From contig CALKEP010000022.1 of NCBI GenBank assembly GCA_938084645.1, positions 32,001 through 96,000 on the forward strand: a stretch of 64,000 bases of DNA. Reading direction: 5' to 3'. Made by a program: the position numbers and the translations under genes. Source of the DNA: an uncultured Phycisphaerales bacterium. Lineage in GTDB: Bacteria; Planctomycetota; Phycisphaerae; Phycisphaerales; SM1A02. The stretch's first letter is position 1, and each line of letters starts with the position of its first letter. Under the pieces are notes generated by a model. It was not told the DNA's origin. It saw only the letters and a list, made by a program, of their open reading frames with translations, and did not search any database. Shown here piece by piece: positions 40,888-49,634 of this stretch.

Positions 40888-42597
40888 TCAGCGTTCCGGC
40901 GCTTCCGCGACCAGACGCCGAAGCTCCGGATACCAACGCTGCATCGCGATCGGAACGATCGAGCCGTGGGTCGCCCCGGGAACGAGCTCGATGTAGCCGG
41001 GACCCTCGGTCGACCCGAGTCGGGATCGTTCCTGCGCCACCGTCTCCGCGAGCCGCTCGACCGCGAGATCGAGATAGAACGAATCCCGATCGCCGCACAG
41101 CAGCCGCACCTTGTCCCGGAAGATCGGCGCGAACCGCTCCGGGTCCGCGCGAAGCAGGGCGGCGATGTCGTAGCGACTCCAATCACGCTCGATCACGGCG
41201 CGATCGATCGAGCCGGACTCGAGATCGAAGGCGGCGGCGGGAAGTCCGGAATCGGAATCGCGTCCCGAGAACATCGCGTTCCACGCGGCCCACTGTTCTC
41301 CGCTGGTGAAGTCGGGGGCGAGGGCGCGTTCCATCGCCATCTCCTCGGGAACGGTCATCATCACGTGGTCGCGATCGGCGGTGAGCGGTGCCCGGTAGCA
41401 CGCCCGGGGATTCGACTTCTCGTCCACGAAGAGATTCCCGTCGCTGCCGAGGTCGACCGTGCCGAACGCCGTGAAGTCGACCGGATCGGGAGCGCTCGAG
41501 AAGCAGCCGCCGAAGACCCCGGGGTGCTGCAGCTGCAGCCAGAGACTCGACCAGCCGCCGCTCGAGTGGCCGGTGACGAAGCGCCCCTTCTCGTTCGGGA
41601 CGAGGCGGAATCGCTTCTCGAGCCAGGGGATGAACTCCTCCACCAGCGCCGTCGAACGGGGGCCGAAGTTGTCGCCGTCCGCGAATCCGTGGTGCCCGAG
41701 CCGGTCTTCGGGATCGAGCACGACCCAGACCGCCTGCGGCAGGTAGGCCTGCATCGATGGATCTCGAAGCATGGCGGCGTACCGGGTCGCGGACCGGTGG
41801 TCGCCACCGAAGCCCGGGATCACGTAGATGACGGGCCAGAATCGTCGCTTGGCATCGAGATCGAAGTAGGCGGGTGGAAACGCCACGCCGGCGCGATGGC
41901 GAATGGGGCGTCCCAACGTGCGGGTGAGAGAGGGACTGTCGAGTTCGACCCACTTCAGGTTCGAAGCCACGGGAAGTTCGACGGCCGGAAGCGTCCGGTC
42001 CACGACGAGATCGAAGGTGCGATCACCATCCGCGGTGAACTCGACGGTGGTGATCGAGGAGACGGGATTACCCGCCGTGGCATGACCGCGGGAGAGGCCG
42101 AGGTCGAGCACCGCACGAACGAGGAACCCGCCCCGGAGATGATCGAGTCGATCGGGAACCATCACCGTGCCGGCTTCGTCGGGGCCCAGAAGGAACGTGG
42201 CGGGTTCCGTCAGCATTGCCGAGGAGACGGGCCTGGAGAGAATGGGCTGCGGTCGTTCGAAGAAGGGAGCGTCGAGTGGATCCCGAGCGGCCAGGCGGCC
42301 CTTGTTCTCGCAGAGCAGGACCAGCAGCCGAGGTCTGGCATCTCGATTCTCGTCCAGAGTTCGACGCGCCTCCGCAGCGATGCCGGGTGAGATCCGAACC
42401 CGAAATCGATCGCTGGAGTCCGGTGCCGGCGTCGGCGTGACGGCTCGGGAAGGGGTGCTTCCGGGGGCTGGAATCGGGGGTGAGTCCTGGGCCCAGGCCC
42501 CTGAGGTGCCGAAAAGGCCCGAGAGCAGGAGGCCGAGGCACCGGCGGCCGGTCGACCCGAGGGCTGGTCTCGAGGGGTTGGAGCGTGAGGTTCGCAT
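40888..42597 (-). CDS. Secreted alpha/beta-hydrolase (putative esterase family)
   Basis: Signal peptide; WPVIYVIPGFGG; GHSSGG nucleophile elbow. Confidence 0.85.
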   Translation of the reverse strand: MRTSRSNPSRPALGSTGRRCLGLLLSGLFGTSGAWAQDSPPIPAPGSTPSRAVTPTPAPDSSDRFRVRISPGIAAEARRTLDENRDARPRLLVLLCENKGRLAARDPLDAPFFERPQPILSRPVSSAMLTEPATFLLGPDEAGTVMVPDRLDHLRGGFLVRAVLDLGLSRGHATAGNPVSSITTVEFTADGDRTFDLVVDRTLPAVELPVASNLKWVELDSPSLTRTLGRPIRHRAGVAFPPAYFDLDAKRRFWPVIYVIPGFGGDHRSATRYAAMLRDPSMQAYLPQAVWVVLDPEDRLGHHGFADGDNFGPRSTALVEEFIPWLEKRFRLVPNEKGRFVTGHSSGGWSSLWLQLQHPGVFGGCFSSAPDPVDFTAFGTVDLGSDGNLFVDEKSNPRACYRAPLTADRDHVMMTVPEEMAMERALAPDFTSGEQWAAWNAMFSGRDSDSGLPAAAFDLESGSIDRAVIERDWSRYDIAALLRADPERFAPIFRDKVRLLCGDRDSFYLDLAVERLAETVAQERSRLGSTEGPGYIELVPGATHGSIVPIAMQRWYPELRRLVAEAPER

Positions 42598-42811
42598 GTC
42601 CGGATGCTACGGCCAAGGCCCTTCGGTGGGTCGTTTCGCGGAAATCCCCGGTCGAACCCCCTTGAAAGTGGTTTTCAGGGCGGCTCTTGCGAGTTCCGAC
42701 CCCCAATCGGTCGATATGTCCGGAGTGTTCCGGTGATCGCGCGACGCCGGACCCGTCGAAGCAACCTCTTCGAGGCCCTGTCGCCTCGGGCACCCTTCCG
42801 CAGGATCCCGC

Positions 42812-43675
42812 ATGCAGCCCCACTCGATCTCGTCGATTCGTCGTCTCTCGACCCTCCGAACGCCCCTCATCCTCGCGGGGCTCGTCGCCGGCATCGCGAC
42901 GATCCAGGGGTGTATCGCCACGCCGACGTCCAGCCTCGAGCGGATGAACAAAGCCGTCGTCTACGGGCAGATGGCGATTGATGATCCCCAGATCGTGGTC
43001 GCGACGGACGGCCCCGTCGACATCGACATCGAGTCCTTCGGTGGAACGGTGCTCGTGGAGGCGGTGCCCGGGCTCAAGAACACGATCATCGAGCCGGTTC
43101 GGCACGCCAATCACGGCCATCTTCGACGCGACGAAGCGGAAGCGTCGCTCGACGAGATGGACTACGTCGTCGAGCTCATTCCCGGCGAATTGAACCGGGA
43201 GACGGTCCGAGTGGTCGCGACCAGCGACGATCTCGAGGAACACTTCCAGGGCGTCGACTTCCGGATCCGCACCGCGGATCTCGGTTCGGTTCGGGTCCGC
43301 ACCGATCATGGGCGGGTCTGGGTCAAGAACAACAAGGGTGGCGTCGACGTCGAGACCACCCACGGCGACATCCGGGTCATCACGGATCATCCGATGAACG
43401 AGCCGATCATCCTCGTCACCAAGGAGGGGGACGTCGACTACCGGGCGCCGAAGGGCTCGACCGGCATCTATGATCTGCGATCGATCGGCGGTCTCGTCTA
43501 CAACCGCTTCACCGAGGCCCGGGTGGTGAGCACGTCGCCCGACAACGATCCAGCGACCTTCGTCGCGGACGTGGGGGGTGGCCTCAATCCGGTGCTCGTC
43601 CGGACGACCTACGGCGACATTCGCGTCGCGGTCACCGAGTTCCCGACGGGCGTCGGCCCGATCATCATGGAATGA
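42812..43675 (+). CDS. Lipoprotein with DUF4097-like beta-strand repeats
   Basis: Lipobox IQGC; repeated T-x-x-G-D/R-I/V units. Confidence 0.75.
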   Translation: MQPHSISSIRRLSTLRTPLILAGLVAGIATIQGCIATPTSSLERMNKAVVYGQMAIDDPQIVVATDGPVDIDIESFGGTVLVEAVPGLKNTIIEPVRHANHGHLRRDEAEASLDEMDYVVELIPGELNRETVRVVATSDDLEEHFQGVDFRIRTADLGSVRVRTDHGRVWVKNNKGGVDVETTHGDIRVITDHPMNEPIILVTKEGDVDYRAPKGSTGIYDLRSIGGLVYNRFTEARVVSTSPDNDPATFVADVGGGLNPVLVRTTYGDIRVAVTEFPTGVGPIIME

Positions 43676-43714
43676 GACGGCGCTCGCCCCCGGCGACGCG
43701 ATTCGGAACACTTC

Positions 43715-44386
43715 TTGCGAGACGTGAAGGACCATTGGTTTCGTCAGGCCAAGCGTGAGGGCTATCGCTCCCGCGCCGCCTTCAAACTGACCGACATCGA
43801 TGATCGAAAGCAGATTCTCTCGACCGGGGATCGCGTGCTCGATTGCGGGGCGGCGCCGGGTTCCTGGTCGCAGGTCGCGGCTCGGCGGGTCGGACGCCGC
43901 GGTTCGGTGGTGGCGGTGGATCTCAAGGCGATCGATGCCGAGGGACTCCCCGAGAACGTCACCCTGCACGAAGCCGATCTTCGCGAGATGGAACTCGAGA
44001 CCCTCGGTGGTGGTGTCTTCGACGTGGTGCTCTCGGACATGGCCCCGGACACCACCGGCGATCCCTTCGGCGATCACCATCGTTCGATCCGACTCTGCAA
44101 CGACCTGCTCGATCGCGTTCCGGCGTGGCTGCGGCCGGGCGGACACCTCGTGATGAAGGTCTTCGAGGGAGAGGCCTATCGCGATCTCCTGGTTCGGGCG
44201 AACGGGATGTTCCAGAAGGCCAAGGGGTTCAAGCCGGTCGCCAGTCGGTCGGAATCGGTCGAGATGTTCGTGATCTGCAAGGACTTCCTGCCCCCCGACG
44301 AGCGCCAGGATGGCGATGCGGCCGAATCCGAGGAGATGATCCCGGTTCCGCCCCGCCCGAAGCCGACACCGGGCTGGAATGATTGA
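43715..44386 (+). CDS. rlmE: 23S rRNA Um2552 methyltransferase RlmE/FtsJ
   Basis: AKREGYRSRAAFKL, DCGAAPGSWSQ, VLSDMAP, KVFEG, SRSESVE. Confidence 0.96.
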   Translation: MRDVKDHWFRQAKREGYRSRAAFKLTDIDDRKQILSTGDRVLDCGAAPGSWSQVAARRVGRRGSVVAVDLKAIDAEGLPENVTLHEADLREMELETLGGGVFDVVLSDMAPDTTGDPFGDHHRSIRLCNDLLDRVPAWLRPGGHLVMKVFEGEAYRDLLVRANGMFQKAKGFKPVASRSESVEMFVICKDFLPPDERQDGDAAESEEMIPVPPRPKPTPGWND

Positions 44387-44502
44387 ACCCGGTCGCGCAG
44401 AATCCGCCTCTTCATGTGCTTGATCGGCGCAAACGGTGCCGGATCACCTGATCGCCGACGGTCGACGGTGGTCTGGTGATCATCTGATCGAGGTTCCACG
44501 CG

Positions 44503-44519
44503 TTGGCATGGTCATTGCA
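44503..44519 (+). promoter_or_regulatory. Putative sigma-54 promoter of the dockerin/EF-hand protein
   Basis: TTGGCATGGTCATTGCA, near-consensus YTGGCAYG-N4-TTGCW, 36 nt before the ATG with GGAG RBS. Confidence 0.8.
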
Positions 44520-44555
44520 TTCGTTTCTCCACGATTCCCCTCTGGAGACTCCCCC

Positions 44556-45770
44556 ATGCAGATCGGCCACGCCAATCCCGAACTCCTCGGCCCCGCAGGG
44601 CTCGCCCGTACGAACGCCGCCTCGAATGCAGGCTCGGTACGTGCCTCGGCACCGACTTCCTCCGACCCGCCGCCGATGGGAAGCAACCAGACGCTGGACA
44701 TGGACGCCTTCATGGCGGCCTGGGGTTCCGACGACCAGACCTGGGACGTCGACGGTTCCGGCATGGTCGACGGCACCGACCTTGGCACCCTGCTTTCGGT
44801 CCAGAGCGCCGCTGACGCCGGTGATGCCGATCTCCAGGCCCTGCTCGGCGCCTGGGGAACGTCCGATCCGGACTGGGACCTCAACGCCGACGGCATCGTC
44901 GATGGGCTCGATCTCGGGGTCTACCTCGAGGGTGGCGTCGGCGACTCGCCGCCCACGAACCAAGAACTCTCCGTCGAGGGATTCGTCGCCGCGTGGGGTT
45001 CCTCGGATCCGGCCTATGACCTCAATGCCGACGGCATCGTGGACGGCCAGGATCTCGGGCAGTACCTCGAGCAGCAGATGGACTCCACGGTCGATCCGAA
45101 CCAGCTGGAACAGTTCATGTCGGCCTGGGGTTCCGACGACGCGGCGTTCGACCTCAACGGTGACGGCACCGTCGACGGCGTCGATCTCGGTCTCTTCCTC
45201 GAACAGGCCCAGGGCACCCAGTTGCCTTCGAACGCGGTCCCCGACCTTCCCATGAAGACGGAGCACGTCGTCTCCCAGATCGTCGACGAGGTGATGTCCC
45301 GATTCGATGGTGCGGGAGACGGCCGCATCGCGTTGAACGAAATCGGTCTGCCGACGGAAATGGCCCGGCTCTTCGATCTCGACGGCAACGAGTTCCTCGA
45401 TCGATCCGAATTCAGTCGGATGGTCTCCATGGACGCCAAGGCGTTGTACGACGGCACCGACGCCTCGCTCGCGAGCCTGTCGCAGCGATGGAACGATATC
45501 CTCGACCCGGATCCGATCCAGCAGGCGAACCAGTCCCATGCCGCGAGCCGCATCCAGGCCGCACCGTCGATCACCGATGCACGAACCTTCGGGACCGCAT
45601 CCGCGACCGAACGGGTCGCGGACATTCTCACGAGCCTCGGGCACGAGTCGCTTCCTTCGAACCTCTCCGACGTGCTCCAGGGCCTGAAGCTGCCTGGTGT
45701 CTCCTCGGAGGCGATCATGGAGCGGTTGATGCAGGAGCACGGCTTCGCCGCCGTCGATGCCACCGCCTGA
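44556..45770 (+). CDS. Acidic protein with four dockerin-like Ca-binding repeats and an EF-hand pair; no signal peptide
   Basis: 4x AWG(S/T)-x5-D(L/V)(N/D)x(D/S)GxVDGxDLG; DGAGDGRIALNE and DLDGNEFLDRSE loops. Confidence 0.85.
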   Translation: MQIGHANPELLGPAGLARTNAASNAGSVRASAPTSSDPPPMGSNQTLDMDAFMAAWGSDDQTWDVDGSGMVDGTDLGTLLSVQSAADAGDADLQALLGAWGTSDPDWDLNADGIVDGLDLGVYLEGGVGDSPPTNQELSVEGFVAAWGSSDPAYDLNADGIVDGQDLGQYLEQQMDSTVDPNQLEQFMSAWGSDDAAFDLNGDGTVDGVDLGLFLEQAQGTQLPSNAVPDLPMKTEHVVSQIVDEVMSRFDGAGDGRIALNEIGLPTEMARLFDLDGNEFLDRSEFSRMVSMDAKALYDGTDASLASLSQRWNDILDPDPIQQANQSHAASRIQAAPSITDARTFGTASATERVADILTSLGHESLPSNLSDVLQGLKLPGVSSEAIMERLMQEHGFAAVDATA

Positions 45771-45796
45771 CCGCGACCTCCCCGACCGGAATCGAA

Positions 45797-45832
45797 ACGA
45801 CGGCCTCTCACCGCGGCGTGAGGGGCCGTCGT
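45797..45832. terminator. Hairpin between convergent genes (likely bidirectional terminator)
   Basis: ACGACGGCCTCTCAC-CGCGGC-GTGAGGGGCCGTCGT. Confidence 0.7.
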
Positions 45833-45863
45833 GCTTTCCGTCCGCCCCCGCGGGGTCGGTGCG

Positions 45864-47099
45864 TCAGACCATCGCACGCATGCGATTCACGACCTCGTCG
45901 ACGTTGGCGCGACTGTTGAAGGCGCTGATCCGGAAGTACCCTTCGCCACATCGCCCGAAGCCGGCGCCCGGCGTCGTCACGATCTGCGCCTCGTGGAGGA
46001 GACGATCGAACATGCCCCAGCTGTCGATGCCGTCGGGGCATCGGACCCAGACGTACGGGGCATCGGTGCCGCCGAAGACCCGGAGTCCCATGGATTCGCA
46101 GCCGCCGCGAAGCAGCGAAGCATTGGTCATGTAGTGATCGACGAGCATCGACGTCTGCTCGAGACCCTCGGGTGAGTAGAGCGCATGGGCGCCGCGCTGC
46201 ACCGGCCAGCTCACGCCGTTGCTTCGAGTGCACCATCGTCGATTCCAGAGTCCGTGCAGGGGCACGCGACGCCCGTCCCGGGTGCGGCCCTCGAGCGTCT
46301 TCGGCACCACGGTGTAACCGCAGCGGACCCCGGTGAAGCCGCCGTTCTTCGAGAAGCTCCGGGTCTCGATCGCGCATCGATCGGCCCCCTCGATCTCGAA
46401 GATGCTTCGGGGGAGCTCCGGGTTGCGGATGAAGTTCACGTACGCCGCGTCGTAGACGATGAGGGCGTCGTGTTCGCGGGCCCATTCCACCCATTCCCGG
46501 AGTCCTTCGCGATCGATGGTCGAACCCGTCGGGTTGTTCGGGAAGCAGAGGTAGACCAGGTCCACGGGCTCGGCGGGCGGTCTGGGGATGAATCCGTTCT
46601 CCTCCCGGGCCTCCATCGTGACCAGGCCGTCGTATCCGCCGCCGTCGAGCGCGTCCCGGGTGTTTCCCGCCATCACGTTGGTGTCGACGTAGACCGGATA
46701 CACGGGATCGCTCACCGCGACGCGGTTTCCGCCTCCGAGAATCTCGAGGAGGCTTCCGCAGTCGCCCTTGGAACCATCGCTCACGAAGATCTCGTCGTCG
46801 TCGATCTCGATGCCTCGGGCGCGATAGTCGTGGTCGGCGATCGCCTTCCGGAGAAAGTCGTATCCGGTCGGGGGCGGATAGCCTCGGAAGGTGTCCCGAT
46901 CCGCGAGTTCGTCGATCGCGGCGTGCATCGCGTCGATGACCGCGGGCACGATGGGCTCGGTCACGTCGCCGATGCCGCATCGGATGATCCGTTCGGCGGC
47001 GGCGGGCGTCGAGGCTTCGTATTCGGCGACCCGTCTCGCGATCTCGGGAAAGAGATAGCCGGCGGCCAGCTTCAGGTAGTGCTCGTTGACGAAGACCAT
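45864..47099 (-). CDS. dapL: LL-diaminopimelate aminotransferase
   Basis: GYLFPEIARRV, GIGDVTEP, FVSDGSK, DPVYPVYVDTNVMAG, CFPNNPTG, SFSKNGGFTGVRCG. Confidence 0.96.
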   Translation of the reverse strand: MVFVNEHYLKLAAGYLFPEIARRVAEYEASTPAAAERIIRCGIGDVTEPIVPAVIDAMHAAIDELADRDTFRGYPPPTGYDFLRKAIADHDYRARGIEIDDDEIFVSDGSKGDCGSLLEILGGGNRVAVSDPVYPVYVDTNVMAGNTRDALDGGGYDGLVTMEAREENGFIPRPPAEPVDLVYLCFPNNPTGSTIDREGLREWVEWAREHDALIVYDAAYVNFIRNPELPRSIFEIEGADRCAIETRSFSKNGGFTGVRCGYTVVPKTLEGRTRDGRRVPLHGLWNRRWCTRSNGVSWPVQRGAHALYSPEGLEQTSMLVDHYMTNASLLRGGCESMGLRVFGGTDAPYVWVRCPDGIDSWGMFDRLLHEAQIVTTPGAGFGRCGEGYFRISAFNSRANVDEVVNRMRAMV

Positions 47100-47168
47100 G
47101 TGCGCGTCGTCCTGGGGTTCGGGGCGGCGGGCGCTCGGCCTCGCCGGGTGTCGCGAGGAACGTGGGGG

Positions 47169-47795
47169 TCAGGGATTCTCGTGGCGAAGCCGGACCGCGA
47201 TGGCGGGCGGGAAGTTCGCCATGACCAGTCGTCTCGAGCCGCGGTGACGGCGATGCAGGGACTTCGCGTGCGCGTCGATCCTGCGGAGGTTGCGTCGCGA
47301 GGTGGGCGACGTGACCGGAGCCTTCATCATTCGGACCGCGGCGTACTCGAAGTACGTCAGATCGCCGTCCTCGGCGAGCAGGCTCAGCATCCGCTTGAAG
47401 ATCCCCCGTACCAGCGAGGGCGGAAAGTTGTTGAACGGCAGGCCGCAGATGATGTGGTCGAACGGGCCCTCGATCGGTGCATCCTCGATCGGTGATTCGT
47501 GCAGGGCGACCGGGATGTCGGGGTGTCGCTCGCGGAACGGGGTGAGATGCCGCTTCTCGATCACCTTGCAGAAGAAGGGATTGATCTCCACCACGTGGAA
47601 CTCGTCGCCGGGCCGGAGATGGTTGAGGATCTTCGCGGTGAAGGGTCCGGTGCCCGGACCGACTTCGAGTATTCGACGGGTCCGGTCCGAGTGTCGTAAC
47701 GGGGCCGTCATCTCCCGGGCGAGATGGCTTCCACTCGGCCAGACGGCGCCGGTGTGCTTGAAGTTGCTGAGGGTCTGGGAGAGGAAGTCGAGCAT
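47169..47795 (-). CDS. SAM-dependent lipid N-methyltransferase (PmtA/OlsG-like)
   Basis: TGAVWPSG..LAREM, ILEVGPGTGPFT, IICGLPF, FEY, ANFPPA. Confidence 0.8.
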   Translation of the reverse strand: MLDFLSQTLSNFKHTGAVWPSGSHLAREMTAPLRHSDRTRRILEVGPGTGPFTAKILNHLRPGDEFHVVEINPFFCKVIEKRHLTPFRERHPDIPVALHESPIEDAPIEGPFDHIICGLPFNNFPPSLVRGIFKRMLSLLAEDGDLTYFEYAAVRMMKAPVTSPTSRRNLRRIDAHAKSLHRRHRGSRRLVMANFPPAIAVRLRHENP

Positions 47796-47901
47796 GGTTC
47801 GGGAGCCGGAAAAGGTCACTCAGGATAGTGCCAGCCTGATCCGATCGGATCCGGCACTTGTGAAATCCGCACGGGATTCTTCGAAATCGCCCGCTCGAAT
47901 T

Positions 47902-48993
47902 TCAGGCGATGGTCGGTACGAACGATTCGTCCGGGCCGAGATCCCGGCAGAATCTCGTGAAGATCGACGCGATCGCGTCGAGATCGGCGAGGCTCGTCAT
48001 CTCCACGGTGGTGTGCATGTACCGGATCGGCAGACTCACCAGGCCGGATGGAATGCCGCCGTTGCGGAGGAAGATGGCGTCCGTGTCGGTGCCGGAGCGG
48101 CCGGGCACCGCGGTTCGCTGGATCGTGATCTCCTCGCGTTCGGCCGCCGCGAGCAGCTTCGCCACCACGATGGGTTGGGCGGGACCGCCGATGGCCACCT
48201 TGGGGCCGCCGGCGAGCTTGAAGTCACCGTGCCGGTTTCGATCGATGCCCGGCGTGTCCGTCGCATGTCCCACGTCGGTCACCAGGGCGACATCGGGCTT
48301 GAGCCCCTCGGCGATCATCGCGGCGCCGACCAGCCCGACCTCCTCCTGAACGGTGCTCACCGCGACCACGTTGCAGTTCAGCGAAGCGCGATCGGGGGCG
48401 AGTCGCCGCAGCGTCTCCGCCGCGGCCCAGGTACCGATGCGGTTGTCGAGGCCTCTGGCGACGATGGTGTCCTCGCCGATCAGTTCGAAGCCGTCAGCGA
48501 AGACGCCGGGGTCGCCGACGTTGAGCTTCTCCGCCGCCTCCTCCTTCGTCCGGCAGCCGATGTCCACGAAGAGCTCGTGAAGCTTTCGTGCCTTGCCGTC
48601 GCGACTGCGATCCTGAAGGTGGATGGCGGTCGCGCCGATCACCCCGAGCACCGGCTCGTGCACGCCGGGGACGCTGGAGGCGAAGCGAAGTCGCTTTCCG
48701 ACGATCGAACCCGCGTCGATGCCACCGATCTGTCGGCAGTACACGAATCCCTTGTCGTCGATGTTGTTGACCATCAGGCCGATTTCGTCGGCATGACCAC
48801 AGACCGCGACGGTGGGGGCGTCCGCGTGGTCGCAGTCGAGTCGGGCGAAGCAGTTTCCGTACGCGTCGTTCCAGGTGCGGGTCGCGGACGTCCGCACCTC
48901 GTCGAGCCAGATTCGCTGGCCGGCCATCTCGTGGCCGGAGGGCGACGGAGTGTCGAGAAGACGTCGGAGGAAGTCGAGTGATTCGGTTCTCAT
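47902..48993 (-). CDS. M42 family metallopeptidase
   Basis: PSPSGHE, GHADEIG, LDNRIG, TVQEEVG, GTDTD, RYMHT. Confidence 0.93.
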   Translation of the reverse strand: MRTESLDFLRRLLDTPSPSGHEMAGQRIWLDEVRTSATRTWNDAYGNCFARLDCDHADAPTVAVCGHADEIGLMVNNIDDKGFVYCRQIGGIDAGSIVGKRLRFASSVPGVHEPVLGVIGATAIHLQDRSRDGKARKLHELFVDIGCRTKEEAAEKLNVGDPGVFADGFELIGEDTIVARGLDNRIGTWAAAETLRRLAPDRASLNCNVVAVSTVQEEVGLVGAAMIAEGLKPDVALVTDVGHATDTPGIDRNRHGDFKLAGGPKVAIGGPAQPIVVAKLLAAAEREEITIQRTAVPGRSGTDTDAIFLRNGGIPSGLVSLPIRYMHTTVEMTSLADLDAIASIFTRFCRDLGPDESFVPTIA

Positions 48994-49046
48994 CGAATCA
49001 CTTTACCGCACCGTCCACGGTGGTGAAGCGGGCCGGGCGGTGGTGT

Positions 49047-49361
49047 TCAGGGGTTATTGGATCGCTTCGGTCGGGCCTTGAGTCGAGGCCCGTTGAAGTC
49101 GAACATCGTTTCCGCGTCTCGGACCGTCGTCGAGCCCGTCGAGAAATCCTCGGGCTTCGGCTTCGAGTCGGCGATCGGCGTGTCGAGCGGATCGATCGGC
49201 ATGCGCCCTCCACCGGCGGCGGGGGCGGCCGGAGCGGGTGCGACCGCTTCCGTCCGTCCGGGACCATCGACGCGACGGGCTCGAGCATCGTCGATCGACC
49301 GTTCCATTCGCTGGAGGATGGTGCGAAGCCTGTTGTTCTGTTCGGTGTTCTGGGGTTTCAT
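49047..49361 (-). CDS. Small hypothetical protein (104 aa; MKPQNTEQNNRLRTILQRMERSIDDARARR...RLKARPKRSNNP)
   Basis: ATG at 49361 preceded by GGAGAGG; 3' portion of track ORF 49047..50768; sits in an otherwise empty intergenic gap. Confidence 0.75.
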   Translation of the reverse strand: MKPQNTEQNNRLRTILQRMERSIDDARARRVDGPGRTEAVAPAPAAPAAGGGRMPIDPLDTPIADSKPKPEDFSTGSTTVRDAETMFDFNGPRLKARPKRSNNP

Positions 49362-49634
49362 GACGGATGTCCTCTCCGGTTCGATTTCTGGACACAGGGA
49401 AAATCGGACGGCTTCCGCCGGATCTGCGAGGGGACCTGCTTCTTTTCGGGCTTCCTCCGTCGGGACAGGGGGAGCAGGCGGGATGATCGGCACAGACGGA
49501 CCCCCTCGAGGGATACGGGGGCATGCCGGGCCCTGTTCCGCTCGGCTAGACTCGACCACGTTGCTGAAAGGGCGATCCCGGCAGGGGCGTCCGGTTTCCT
49601 CGCGATCCAATCCGCCTTCTGGAGCGTTGCAGAC

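Noticed and set aside
44718..45191. Regularly spaced DNA repeats resembling a CRISPR array
   Set aside because: They are degenerate, in-frame and encode protein repeats; no cas genes are present.
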